Assembly (NCBI GenBank): GCA_002811645.1
Contig: PDIP01000002.1
Span: forward strand, 69,683 to 133,682
DNA length: 64,000 nucleotides
Source: Corallochytrium limacisporum Hawaii
Taxonomy: Eukaryota > Protista > Pluriformea
Direction of reading: 5' to 3'
Below the pieces are notes generated by a model, which saw nothing but the letters and a program-made list of their open reading frames with translations, made no database searches and was not told where the DNA came from. Positions 1 to 12,558 of this stretch are shown piece by piece. Positions within the stretch are counted from its first letter, which is position 1. Each line of letters opens with the position of its first letter. The position numbers and the translations under genes were made by a program.

Positions 1-3000
1 ATACGTGTTAGTATTTTCGGGTTATGAAAGATCATGACCATGAACCATGGCACGGTAAAGGCCATTGATCTCCTTTAAGTACCCCAAGGGTGTTTGACCA
101 CACTGAACTGCTGTTACCTCCTGCCGACGACACAAAGCATCGCAACTCAGCACGGACAGCGGAAGGGTCGTAGGTAGAGTATACTGTTACCAAAAGCCCG
201 CCTTTATTACCGAAACCCGCTGCTCCTTGGGTTTGCTGCGGCTTATATTTCAATAAGCACGCACTGTCCTTTCCCTCCCAGTCTTCTCCAGCTACCAGTC
301 ATCTCTGTGCAGAGCACTGAAGATACATGTGTACCCTATGCCCTTTCCGAAGAGACTAAGTACAGTGGCTATAGACAATGTTTGTGAACAGTTATGCATG
401 TGCATATGTCACCATGCGAACTGAACCTGCCATGGTCAAACGATAAAGACCCGCACATTCCGTTGGTGACTTCAGGCGCCTGTGTGTCCTTCCTCGCAAA
501 ACTGTGCGCTGAGGGACTGTTTTGTGGATCCAAAGTCCCTGCTATGACTTGCTCGCTGCGAAGACGGCAACCCCACACTACCGTTTCCCCAACTTCTAGA
601 AGTGCGTCCCCACTGGGACTCTGCTCTTTTGGTCTACCCTGACCTGATGGTGTAGTTACTTAGTGTACTAGCTATTGGCCTTCCTATATGCTGGACCGTG
701 GTTCATGGTGGAAGCCTCACATTGCTCCGTTTTCCGCTCTGACTCGTCCCTTTCACCCTACGATCAGTAGCAGTGAGCTCAGCACTGGAAGGCCACTCTG
801 CTCCGGCGATTCCCCGCCGTCTCCCTCCCCACACCCATATTTCGCGCCCCTTCATCTCAGTTCCTTGGTCAAATAGTGGCAAAGGGGGAACTGGGAACCG
901 AAGAAATACTAAACCAACAAAACATGTCGCTCCCCTTCTGCCTGAGTCACCCCAGATTGGCTGACAGGAAAAATATGCAAAGGGCACCTTTCCCCCCTCT
1001 TCCGGATTCGACCGTTCGATCCATAAGTCGGCCTCTGAGCGGCCGGTTTTGCAACCACGGTAGATTCGCTATGTTGCGACGTTTTGGCCGGACGGTGTCA
1101 GTACCCAAGGTGTTTGGGTTTGGGTTATTGCTACTGTGCCAAACGTTTGTCTTAGGGACTCCGGAACGTTCTTCAAAGCGAGGAGTCCGAAATGAAATAA
1201 ACAAACACACCGCAAACATGCACCATGGGTCGGCTGCGCCCACAGATCACACCACTTTGTCTGGTTATTGTGTCCGGCATGCTGAGGCGTACGGTCTGCT
1301 TGAACGATTAGGGATGGTGCATATTTTACACGGTGGGGTCATTGCGGAATGATATCGGCTTGAGGAATGTATCCCGTATTTCCCGCTCAGCTGTGAGCAT
1401 GGTACGCGCCCATAGCATGGTGCATAACTTCCGCATCCTGCAAACGATAATGGGCGGTCCCTCTGCCCATATTCCAGCGGGAACCACGAAGACCTGTTTG
1501 CTCACTGTCCTTAGTCGATTGATCGTGAAACACGACAATCCACTCATGGACCGTTGATTTTCAGTTCATGGGTTCTCCATTGTGTCGTTTGCTACAGTGA
1601 ACACAAATCAGAGAAATCTTCATGATTTATTGATTATCTAAGGTCTCGTCTGTGACCTTTCACCGTATTCCGCGCGGTCGGAATCCCGCGCAAATTATAG
1701 TCACTGCTGGCTGGTCCCTCGACCTTTGGATCCGGTGGTCTAGATGGAATATTGAGCGCGACAACACCTGCGCGACAAGTGCCCGTGTCACGGCCGAACC
1801 AGATATGCTTCCAATACACAACAACTTAACTTATGTCCTGAGAGCAGCCAACATTCTTGATCCGTAGACTGGGACATGATAGTGTTGGTTGTCATGGGGT
1901 TCTTAAGGGTACTGCAGCATGTACGTAGTTGGCGACACTCGGGGCATTCAGGGTTACCTCCGGTTTCGCCCGCCCGCCTGACTGGCCGCGGCTTTGCCAG
2001 GGGTTTGAGCATTTCGCGCCCGAAATCTCATTTTAATCCACTATAACGTATTGTATTAGGTTCTCCGCTTAGCAGCGCACAGTAGAGAACAAAAATGGAC
2101 TCCTCGAGGGAGTGCCAACCACCCCTTCTTCGGTGTGCGCTGGCCCGCGAGCAGCGTTCGCTCGCTTCCGGGTTTTGCCCCGGGCTCTCACCGACTACTA
2201 GTTGGATTTTGTTGTGTGGAGTGTGTGTGTGTGTGTCCCTTGTGTCTCCTCATGCGCCAATGTAGTGTGCCTCACACGTCAAGGGAAAGGAGAATTCTCA
2301 GTTTGGTGTCGTTGATTTATCTCTGCTACCTGAGGGCACAACTAGTTCTGCTTCCTTTGGGTATGTCATTTTGGGGAGGCTCCGGGGTAACCGTTTCCAT
2401 TCAAGTTCAATACTGAACAACAGTACCTTGATTTGGGAAAGGAGCGAAACCTCTCGGATTCTTCCAGCACGCTGTTGCCCCTTTTCTCCTCCCGCCCGTG
2501 AGTGAGGTTTGGGAGGGGGGGGGGAATATCATCGCCTGATCATCTCCCCCGCCACAGTTCTTACGTTCCCTTTTTTAGGTGACACCTACGCTGTTCCGTG
2601 CAGTGTCGCTCGTCGGGCAATTTTTTGCTAACGATTGACGAGGAAATGGCAGAAGCACTAGCCAGCTTTGCCGCACCCATGGTCCCGGCTTTGATGAATA
2701 CCAAGACATCTACGTCTCAGCCGGCCACTGTGTCCACCTGACCTTTGTCGAGAAACATGGTGGCGTACATTTTTGCAATAAACTTTCTGATACGTGAGAT
2801 GCGATGGGGATGTATAATAAAATGTTACTGGAGCAGATCCCATCTATGTATCCGTGTGCAGTGTGGTCGGGGTGTGTGAAGGCGTGAAAGACGCTCAGCC
2901 GGGAAGAGCTCAACTTCGATCAACATCTGGTTTTTCACTTTCCGTTCCTAGGTGCTCTCAATAGAAAACCGGAACCAGAGAGAACAGACGCAGTTCTGCG

Positions 3001-3456
3001 GTGCAGTGGTTGCCACACTCCCCGGTGGGTTGCTTCAGCCCAGAATGGTTCGCGTTTCCGACTTGTCCTCCATTGGAGACAGGTCTCAATAACTTTTGCC
3101 TCATGTATTGTTCCAATTCACGGGACGGACGGTGCGCTTTCGTCACGCACCAGCACGCAGTGTACAGCCTATGTGTTTCACAATGATCACCCCTGCTTAT
3201 TCTGCTGTTCTGCAGCACGCATGGCGGTTAGTGCCGAATGGCACTTGGCTGTCGCTCTCCTATGGCTGTGCATAAGCTTATGAAGCCACCGCAGAGCTAG
3301 TTGAGCTAGGGCAGTCAGATTATTGGCCAGCAAATTCTTAAGAGTGAAGCGTATTCGATCATTCAGTAATCAGCCGCAATAGTAGGGAATCCATTTGTGG
3401 AACCAAAAATTTAGCATTCTCGTTCTAGGTCATATCCACACTGTCAGTCCAAAGTC

Positions 3457-4791
3457 ATGTCGGAAGCTGACTTTGAACATTGCTCTGACCCGGGGCTGTG
3501 CGTGAATGACACTGGGGATAACGACTCCAAGGCGGTGGCGTTTGCATTTTTGGTAACGTTAGGTGCTGGGTTGAGCACAACCATTGGAGCAACTGCACCA
3601 TGGTGGATGGAAAAACTGATGCGATCCGGAGGCCGAGACACACGGGTGTTAGCTGTTGCTTTGGGTCTGTCAGCTGGAGTGATGCTGTATGTTAGTTTTG
3701 TGGAGATCTTTTCCGCCAAGGCAGTTGACTACTTATGCTGTGTAACAGACCAAGATTACCTTGCTGCTACAGCTTGTTTCTTTGGCGGTATGATCTTGAC
3801 GGTTTTACTGCATTTATTTGTCGAATGGATGGCTTCGTTGGACATGGTCAAGATCAAGGCCCGAGCGACCAACACTGCGCGTTATATTAGAAGCTGGAGC
3901 TCCTCCGGATCATCCGAGAAGAACGACGGCCGCATGTCACGCCCAAGTCTTGCGCAGGAAGTCAGTACTTACATTGCTCCGGAACATATGAACCCACCCC
4001 CGGCGCCAGCAGAAGACAATGAGAGCACAATGACCAGTTCGGATGTGGACAATTTCAGCGAAAGCGAAACAGAGCGTCAAGAACAAAACCAGCGGCGGGA
4101 CGACAGCGATGCCATTATTGTTGAGGAGTGCAACCTGCCAGGAAATTTCACGGATTCTGAGCAGCAGCAGGATCGAAACCACCATTCGAACTGCTCCATG
4201 CATCGGCGTCACGTGAGCTGTCAAGACAAAAAGCAAATCGAAGACAATGAGGCCATTCCGTTATCCAAGGACGCTGAAGCGGCCACTGAAGCTGTGGACT
4301 CCAACGTTACAAGCATCCAGGACAGCCACAGCCACATGCTCAAGCGCATGGGCCTAATGACTGCACTTGCCATCTTCATCCATAACATACCAGAGGGCCT
4401 AGCAACCTTTGTCGCAACACTGGCCGACCCGAGTCTTGGTGTCGCTCTGGCTGTGGCCGTAGCCCTGCACAACATCCCAGAGGGCATATGCGTGGCCATG
4501 CCGGTCTACTATGCTACGGGCAGTAAATGGAAGGGCTTTTGGTGGGCTTTCCTTTCTGGTGTGAGTGAACCCGTGGGCGCACTGTTGGGCTACCTGGTAC
4601 TCAAGGACTACTTTATTCCCGAGGTCTATGGGATCATCTTTGGCCTGGTGGCTGGCATGATGGTGTACATCAGTATTTCTGAGCTGATCCCGACAGCTAT
4701 TCGATACGATCCAACCAACAAGCTGGTGGCACCATCTATTGCCGCGGGCATGTTGCTCATGGCAATTAGTTTAGTGCTCTTTGTGGTGTAG
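3457..4791 (+). CDS. ZIP-family (ZupT/GufA-like) zinc/divalent metal transporter
   Basis: 444-aa ORF with multiple TM helices; [14 protein letters not shown] in TM2; paired HNIPEG motifs (TM4/TM5); SGVSEPVG and [13 protein letters not shown]; long His/acidic cytoplasmic loop. Confidence 0.95.
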   Translation: MSEADFEHCSDPGLCVNDTGDNDSKAVAFAFLVTLGAGLSTTIGATAPWWMEKLMRSGGRDTRVLAVALGLSAGVMLYVSFVEIFSAKAVDYLCCVTDQDYLAATACFFGGMILTVLLHLFVEWMASLDMVKIKARATNTARYIRSWSSSGSSEKNDGRMSRPSLAQEVSTYIAPEHMNPPPAPAEDNESTMTSSDVDNFSESETERQEQNQRRDDSDAIIVEECNLPGNFTDSEQQQDRNHHSNCSMHRRHVSCQDKKQIEDNEAIPLSKDAEAATEAVDSNVTSIQDSHSHMLKRMGLMTALAIFIHNIPEGLATFVATLADPSLGVALAVAVALHNIPEGICVAMPVYYATGSKWKGFWWAFLSGVSEPVGALLGYLVLKDYFIPEVYGIIFGLVAGMMVYISISELIPTAIRYDPTNKLVAPSIAAGMLLMAISLVLFVV

Positions 4792-5077
4792 AGCTCTGCT
4801 GGCGGATAGTACTATCAAGCATTGGCAATAGGGTACCACCAGATCTTCCACAGTCCCCAATATGTATCATAACGGTTTCCCGTTTTTTATATTACACGAG
4901 TAGGTTGGCGTTTCGTTTCTCGATTAACTTGGTAATCAACTCATTTGCGGTGATTCTGCACTGTCAAATTTCTAAGCTCACTGTGTAAGTACGAGTTTTC
5001 CTGAAAGATATACATTTCTAGTGTTGTGTAATTCTGTCGTGGGTCTCTTTGGACACAGGGCAGTTCGGCACCCCCCA

Positions 5078-7921
5078 CTACTCATTCTCGTATGGGGACT
5101 CGTCGTTTGCGTAAGGATTGTACATTGATGACGGTTGCTCCGAAGTTGAACGCAGATTGTTCACTGCAGCCTCCCAGTCCGGATCCATCACTTCCGCGTT
5201 TGCGTAGCCATTGTCATCATCAACGGCTGTGCCGCGAGCGCGAGCGTTAACGTAGCCAACATCTTCGGGTACGATATCAGCTTCGTCTGTGTTGCTGCGT
5301 GTGCGTACATATGTGTACTCGTGCTCATCTGCGACTGGAGGCAAAGAGCGCATCGCACCGCTGCTGCCGTGGCCTGAACCGCTCATGTCCTCATCAGAGT
5401 AATCGAGGCTGAGATTGGATCCGCGGTTCTTGGGAAGGGCGGAGGCGTGGTGGACCTCTTCTGGGGTCTGTGGCAGTCGACGATTCGCGAACATGGTCGC
5501 TCCTGAGCTGCTACCACCGCTCATTTGCCCAGTGGTGCGTGTAGTACCACCGTTGTATGAATCCCAGAATCCTTGCTCACTGCTCAGCGCCGTGCTCCGC
5601 CAGACGGGTACCTGGCGCTCGCGGAACGTGCCACTCTGGGAGTTGACTGCGGCGTCGCCGCAGGAGGGGGTCAGAGAACCGCGCATGCCTCCAGCACCGT
5701 CAACATAGGCAGTGGGAGTCTTGCGGGAACTACTGTAGTCGGACCCTTCTTCACGCGCATCACGGCGTCTCTTAAAGACTACAGCACCAACGATGATGGC
5801 AATCAATGCTGCAGCGCCGACGATGCTGGCAACCAAAATGATAGTGGTGTCATTAGAGCCGCCGCCTCCGTCTTCCTGTCCAGTAGAGTCGTCGGTGAGA
5901 ACATCACAGGCAGTCCCGGAGTAACCAGGCAGACAAGTGCCACTCACGCACTCAACAACGTTACCTTCAGCATCACAGCTCGCGAGACCGTCGCAACCGA
6001 CAGATTGGCACAGATTCTCGCACTGAGTGCCATAGTACCCAGGCTGGCACTCGGAACAGGCCGTGGGCGCCCCATTGCTAGAATCGCAGGCGTCAACTAC
6101 CTTGCACCGTTTCGAGGAACATATTTGGGTGCAGCCATCACCGTAGAAGCCATTGACGCAGCTGCCATCGGCACCGCAGACCTGGGGATCACCAGAATCT
6201 TTATCACAGACTTCGGCAGTGTCCCCGAAAGCACAGTTGCCCTTGGGACACTCATTCTGGCACAGCTTCCCCCAGAATTCATTCTGACACACCTCACAGA
6301 CCTCGGTTTCGCCGGTCTCTTTGTTACATTCAATAAAGCCTTCGCAATTTTCTGGCGCTGTGCAGCGGAACTGGCACCGATCGCCCCAGAACGACTTTTG
6401 ACAGCTTTCGCAAATAGCGTTCTGGCCGCTTTCCTTGTCACACGTCACGGCTCCCTCACAGAAATCAGTGACACACTGGAACTGACAGGTTGTGCCGTAG
6501 TAGCCTGGAATACAGCGCTCGCAGGACTCCAGTGCGCCGGTGACCTGGTTGCACACAACCGCACCGTCCACGTCGCACTTGTCTATATCACACGTTGACT
6601 GGCATCGAGCTCCGTAGAATCCGTTCTTGCAAGCCGAGCAGGAGGTCAGGGCACCTCCGTTCTGCTCACAGACCTTGTCCGCGTCATCGGCGCAGCGATC
6701 ACCAACGCATACTCGCTGACAGGAGGCGCCGTAGAGACCAGTGACGCAGCCGTCACATTCCAATGGTTTAGCTGAGTCGTAGCGGTCGCAGGACACCACC
6801 GATGTGCACTCCTCCGACGTGTCCGGACAGGTGTCCTCGCAGGTCGCTCCAGTCAGACCCTCCTCACATTGCTCGCAGCAACTGTTCGGGTTGTCCTCGT
6901 CACAGTCGTCCGCTCCACACTCGTCCTCGCATTTAATGCCAATGAATCCGCTATTGCATTCATTGCCATCAGGTCCACAGCTAACAATAGCCCCCGTTGT
7001 GCGGTCACAAATTTCTGAGCCTTCGACACAGTTCTCCGCTCCGCACCCACTACAACTCTCCGAGGAGCAGCTTTTGTCGCACAAGTCACCGTAGTAACCA
7101 TTCATGCAGCCCTGTGCATCACATTTCACATCGCTGCCGTCTTTGGCACAGATAAGTTGGCCCACGCATCGACTATTCACGTTGTCCTCCGCGAGGCACT
7201 CTTGCGAGCAGGTAGCTCCATAGAAGCCTGGTTTGCACGCAGCGCACGCAGTCAAATTCCCGCTTTGTTGGTCGCAAGTGAGCTTTCCCGTCAGGTCACA
7301 ATTACCACCCACTTCATCGCTTACTGTGCACTCATTGACGCAGTCTGTTCCCCAGAAGCCGTCATCACATTGAACACACTTTACTCCGGTATTAACGCTG
7401 TTGAAACGCAGACATCCCGTTGTGCGGCAGCCCTCAGGGCACAGTTCATCACAACAGGAGCCAGTTTTCCCGATATCACAGCTACCACTCTTTGTGAAAT
7501 AGCTGACTGCGCTTGAAGGATTCATGTCAACGCAGTAATCCTGGCACTCAGCCGTTGAACACCCCCCGGGGTTCCCGCCGAGTACCAATGTGTCTAGGCT
7601 CGGCAACCCCGAGAATGTATCTGGATCTATGGCATTGAGTTTGTTACTAGTCAGGTCTACCCAAGTTAAATTTACCAATTTGTCAAAAACCGCTGCCCCT
7701 AATGTGTGAATTTCATTGTTCGAAAGATCAATAGACTCTACGCTGTGGTACTGCTCCGGTGTAAACGCTTGGTCCTGGATCCCCTCGATTTCGAGACCGG
7801 AGCAATCAATTTCTGTTCCATTAAAGTCGCACTGTGTTGCAGGGTTAGATAGAACGAGACCCCGTACCGGTACAACTGCGGCCGCACCAATCAGCAGCGC
7901 AAGTTCCACACGGTTGTACAT
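5078..7921 (-). CDS. Single-pass receptor: signal peptide, LRRNT plus about 3 LRRs, about 12-13 Cys-rich EGF/laminin-EGF-like repeats, TM helix, disordered tyrosine-motif tail
   Basis: The ORF track starts at GTG 7930; the first ATG is 7921 (MYNRVELALLIGAAAVVPVRG, signal peptide). LRR consensus (IDLSNNEI, VDLTSNKL, LVLGGNP); repeated C..G[FY][YW]G..C...C units; TM IILVASIVGAAALIAIIVGAVVF followed by KRRR. Confidence 0.88.
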   Translation of the reverse strand: MYNRVELALLIGAAAVVPVRGLVLSNPATQCDFNGTEIDCSGLEIEGIQDQAFTPEQYHSVESIDLSNNEIHTLGAAVFDKLVNLTWVDLTSNKLNAIDPDTFSGLPSLDTLVLGGNPGGCSTAECQDYCVDMNPSSAVSYFTKSGSCDIGKTGSCCDELCPEGCRTTGCLRFNSVNTGVKCVQCDDGFWGTDCVNECTVSDEVGGNCDLTGKLTCDQQSGNLTACAACKPGFYGATCSQECLAEDNVNSRCVGQLICAKDGSDVKCDAQGCMNGYYGDLCDKSCSSESCSGCGAENCVEGSEICDRTTGAIVSCGPDGNECNSGFIGIKCEDECGADDCDEDNPNSCCEQCEEGLTGATCEDTCPDTSEECTSVVSCDRYDSAKPLECDGCVTGLYGASCQRVCVGDRCADDADKVCEQNGGALTSCSACKNGFYGARCQSTCDIDKCDVDGAVVCNQVTGALESCERCIPGYYGTTCQFQCVTDFCEGAVTCDKESGQNAICESCQKSFWGDRCQFRCTAPENCEGFIECNKETGETEVCEVCQNEFWGKLCQNECPKGNCAFGDTAEVCDKDSGDPQVCGADGSCVNGFYGDGCTQICSSKRCKVVDACDSSNGAPTACSECQPGYYGTQCENLCQSVGCDGLASCDAEGNVVECVSGTCLPGYSGTACDVLTDDSTGQEDGGGGSNDTTIILVASIVGAAALIAIIVGAVVFKRRRDAREEGSDYSSSRKTPTAYVDGAGGMRGSLTPSCGDAAVNSQSGTFRERQVPVWRSTALSSEQGFWDSYNGGTTRTTGQMSGGSSSGATMFANRRLPQTPEEVHHASALPKNRGSNLSLDYSDEDMSGSGHGSSGAMRSLPPVADEHEYTYVRTRSNTDEADIVPEDVGYVNARARGTAVDDDNGYANAEVMDPDWEAAVNNLRSTSEQPSSMYNPYANDESPYENE

Positions 7922-10900
7922 TTTGAGCACTCCGATAATTGAACCTATCTTTCTGTACTTTTATCCCAATTTCTGTTTCCGGGAAAATTCTTGGGCTTGA
8001 TAATTTTTCTCTTGCGTTTCTTTATATCAAATCATGTTTACGATCATTTTCAATCGGTATCGGTATTCTTCAACTCTATTCCAATGCCCAAATCTAAAAA
8101 AACTCTACACCAAGAAAACTGATTACTTTTATGCTATGCAGTGGATTCGTTCTTTCTTCTACCACGTCACACATAATATGCGAACCATATTCTTGTCAGG
8201 CAATTCAATGTACTCATGGAAATATCACAAAGAGCCAATGCAGACATTCTGCAATGAAGCAAGACCTTGAAAGGATGGAAAATATTACTTCCAAGCCCAT
8301 TGAAGTGTCACTTGTGACAAGCATTCCCCCGTCGTCGAACCCGACGTGGCCTGCTTCCTGAAAAGCCAGTCCATCCCTGCTGGCAATCAAGCGCGAAAAA
8401 TTGTCGGCTTCAGTTTCTTCCTGCGCCGTCCACTGAAGACTGCAGCGGCGGCGAAGGGAGGGTTCCCTAGCTGTCGCATTCACCGTTCCTTCTCTGTCTT
8501 CATTCCACCGCACCCCTACCAGACCTTTTTTGGTGTCAGGGAGGATAAAATTGGGGCCAGATCTGGGGGCAATGGAGGCGATCTAAAATGTGCAATTTGG
8601 TACTAAATGTATAGAGAAAATCTTTGGAGAACCACAAAATGCAACACTAAGTTCCCTAGTCACCTAGCTTATCAAGACCTACGTCGCTCTTTCGGGTGCT
8701 TGGATTGGTGGTCTCTTGACTTCAACTAAACAGATATCAATACTGAAAACACTGTCTTTGGTTCACTGGGCGCATGTTTCCAGTCTCTGTCGAACACTGC
8801 TTCGTGCCACCACAGGCGAAACGGACCGCGATAGAGACAGGGGACTCCATTCCCCGCCAGGCGTGAGAGTAGGCGGGGCACTTTGCGTGTTCAAAAGTGG
8901 CTGATTCCACGATCTTTCCTCCTCTTTCTTTCCCCCCTCCTTCCATTGTCCCCCCACCCGAAAGGGGGGGGGAATCCCCGAACTCTCAGTGTTTTCATTT
9001 CCCCATTTTTCCTCCATTCACTTTGTACGAATTCGGAGACTTCGGTGCAGGGCCCGGTGTGGGGAGGGGCACGCGAAGGGAGACCTCAGATGTTTCCTCA
9101 AAAAGAATATACTTTCGTGTCCGGGTATCTTGGTACAAAAGAGTCCTGACCTGTGCGTTGGTGTTTCAACCAATGCGGTTCGGGTGTTTGATTAGGTCAG
9201 AGTACGTTGTCCGAATTGTGGCTGACGTGACGTGCTCCATCGATAATCTACCGTACTAAATAAACCATAGCCTGAGCCTGTTTTTTTTTCTTGTTGCGTT
9301 GCAAGAGTCGAGTGTGACTTGCACGACACGTGTCGGTAAATACTTCGCAGAGGTTTTTTATCCCTCTTTGGTTGTGGAAGTGATGGGGGAAGGGGGTTTC
9401 GACTCTGGCCGAGGGCTTCCTTCCCTTTTTCTTTTTCCAACTTTCTGTCACACTTGCCCCTCGTGGGCAGGGGTGTGTCTGTTGGGTTATTAATGATCTT
9501 CATGGCAAGTTTCCCCCATTGTATATATATTTCCTTTTCTTTTTCATTTGTCTTTCTTGAAACGTGCCGGTTGCGACAGTCCGAACCAAGCTCTGTGTGT
9601 AGGGCATGCTGTCTGGGCAGTATCGCGATCTGTATTAAGTGGGAGTACCTTAACGTCACAATTTGTAAAAGAAAAAAACAGTGTATGTCACACTTGTTCC
9701 ATGGCAGAGGTTAATTCTTTTCGTAAGTGACGGATATAGGATTGCGACACCAGGCCCGAAGCTTCCAGATTAATTACAGGAAAGGGAAGACGACACCCAA
9801 GGGGAGAACTCTAGCAATTCATTACAACTGCCAACACTTCCATTAACGTTTTCGCCCATATATTTTGTATTTAATATTGTAGGTTGTCTCACACCGAGAT
9901 GTTCCCAAGTCTAGTCGAATTCGCGATCGAAAGCACCGTCCTCTGACCATACTTCGTCTTGCTCCCGCCAGCTCTCCGTACTTCCTTCCCGTCATTCTGC
10001 TGTAATGAACGTACTCCCATCCAATCTGAGCACCGCAGGTCCAAAAATGGCAACGGGCGCAAAAAAATGATATCGTTCTTTCTCTCAAACTGCTGCCCTA
10101 CTTTCTATATGGCTTTTAGCTTTCGACGCTCTGTTCGTCTCCAGTCTTGTCACTACCGAGAGACGTCCCTATCCGAGTTGCCCAGCAAGGTCGGCGTCTC
10201 GGGTTGCTCCCCTTTTTGGCCCTGCGCTCGGTATAGAAGTCCAGCGAAAGAAACCGAGGGGGCGGTACCGGGAGTAAATTCTTCTATGCACATGTGCCAA
10301 CACTGGCAAACGTCAGCTTTTTGCAGACCTTCCCGGTTTAGGAGACGCGACGAAACTCTTGCTCTGCAAAATCGGGGTTCCCATATTTATATTAAATGTA
10401 TGTAGTTTCTTGCGGAGAAATTTTGATTGAGGGTCCAAAAATGCCACCACCTGTCAACGTCATTTTCCAACAAAACGCCAGGGATCAGAAAAGGAAAAGT
10501 CCTGGACCCAGGAATCAGACCTTTCCCCAATCTCTCTATTCCATCTCTTCCAGTTTCATATATCCAATGGCCTACCGAAATTTGACGCCAGAAAGCTTCG
10601 AAGCCCGGAGCCACGCAACGGAAAAGTTGGTGAAGGCACCGGGCCCATTGTCCTGTACCGTGCGCAGAAACACACAAGACTCGCTCAGCCATCCTGGGAG
10701 TCCCATTTTAAGCCTACAATATAGCATGAGGCGGTGACCCAATCAGTCCACTACGGAATGCGACCCATTAGTATACGAACCGGCCAGGGGGACCCCGAGG
10801 AATCCGTCGACCTAGTACCACGGTGAGTGCGCCCTGCTACTCCAGTCCTCCTTGTATCTCATTGATCCTGCCTCATTGGTGGTCATAGTCAACCTGGTCA

Positions 10901-12558
10901 GCACCCTGAGAGCATGGTATGCCATCTGACAAAGGCAATGGGAGAACCGGAAATAACAAGCTTCCTGCCCATGTAGGGACCAAGGAAGTCTCATCAACGA
11001 GTCACAGTGCAACCATGGACAACACACACATTTGCCACCTTCTCATGTCTTTCGACTGGCGCAATGGATAACATGCTTCATACCATACTCTGCCCCTCTG
11101 AAATTGGAAGCGCCCAGAGACCGGTTGAAGCATGTTTGTTAGCAACTTGATCCTACTGTAAGCAGCGGATGGGCATGGGAATGGTTCTCCGAAGGTGATA
11201 ATTTGGAATCCATCGGGTTCTATGAATGCGGGGTCAATCGATGGCTATGTGATGTCTTGTCAGCTTACCAGATCCGGTTTGGAAATCTCCACAGCCGCAC
11301 GGTTCTCACCGTGCAGCACTAAGATCCACCAGGTGCATTGTACTATCCTTAATTCGTATAACAACTTTATCGGGTTTCAGTTACAAACCTGCACGAATGT
11401 ATGTGGGTTTTGTATGTAAAAACTTACAGGAACTTTCAGTACATCCGATACGGCCTGGCTCCCCTTTGCATAAGCAGTCCAGTGTATCCACTTTGGACCA
11501 CCACCCGCAGGTTCAAAGATTCTCAAAAAAGGGATTCCGCTCCGCTCCCCGCGCGGTGAGGAAGATAAGGGATTTCCACATACTCCGAATACCCAAAAAC
11601 TTCCAGCAAGGGGGTCCGACAATTTTACAAGAAGACACCCAATTAAAAAAAAAAATCGGTGACTAAGAGAGCGATGGCTTCGTTGAGATCTCAGGCGGTG
11701 CGTAATAATGAAAGTACTGCCAGCCCCGTCATCGATAATGTCTTGGGACGTGGGGGCTGGGTTCTCGCATCCGGAGCCTAGCAGCTCACACGACCGCTCC
11801 GGTCTCCGACCCCATACCGAAAGTAGGGACCAAAAAAATGGAACCCGTTGCGGACTCTCACACAAAGTAAAATCTCTCTCGGTCACCCACCGTTGCCCCG
11901 GGAGTCATAGTGAATTGCACTGCGGTGTGCAGAACGAACCCGGCCGAACGTGAGCGCGCAGAGGATTGAAAGAAGTCTTACACTTTCCCGGCAGCACAGC
12001 AGCCCACTAGTTCATGTCCATGGAGGAGCGGTGCCTCAACAGTTGAGAAGAGGACACCCATATACATGCAAGGCAGCAAGTGTGGGCGAGGCAGGGTATC
12101 CTGTTCGGCTGGGGATATCAGTTGATGACCGCTGCAATAGGCATGTGTCGTCCGTACGGGGAGTCGGAACCGCGCGGATTAGTGTGAAGTGGAAGCCAAC
12201 AGTGAGCGATGAAAAGGAACGGAGCCATACAGTTAAGAAGAGTGTTATGGTACAGTCAAGGCACGAATAAACTCATTTTGAGACACATATGTAGACACCA
12301 CAGCTTGATCGCACTGGTATAGAAGGAAGAAGAGGAGCACCAAGTCTGGTAATAGAGGCAAAGTGGATAAGCGCTCAACCGTAAAGTGACGACCTGGATC
12401 CCATTCAGTTCACGCCCATGTGACTTTGAATTAAAAGGCAAGCAATCTTTCGGATATGTGAGGAGCAACCATGCCACGATAAGGTGTGCGCTGATGTGAA
12501 CAAAACACCCAGATTACACTCGACAAAACAGAGTAGAATCTTTCCCAACAGAGCAGCC

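Noticed and set aside
1-3400. Short ORFs (60-158 aa) at the window start
   Set aside because: No recognisable domains; the region looks like promoter and 5'-UTR sequence of the ZIP gene.
5573-6598. 341-aa plus-strand ORF
   Set aside because: Antisense shadow of the receptor CDS; no recognisable domain.
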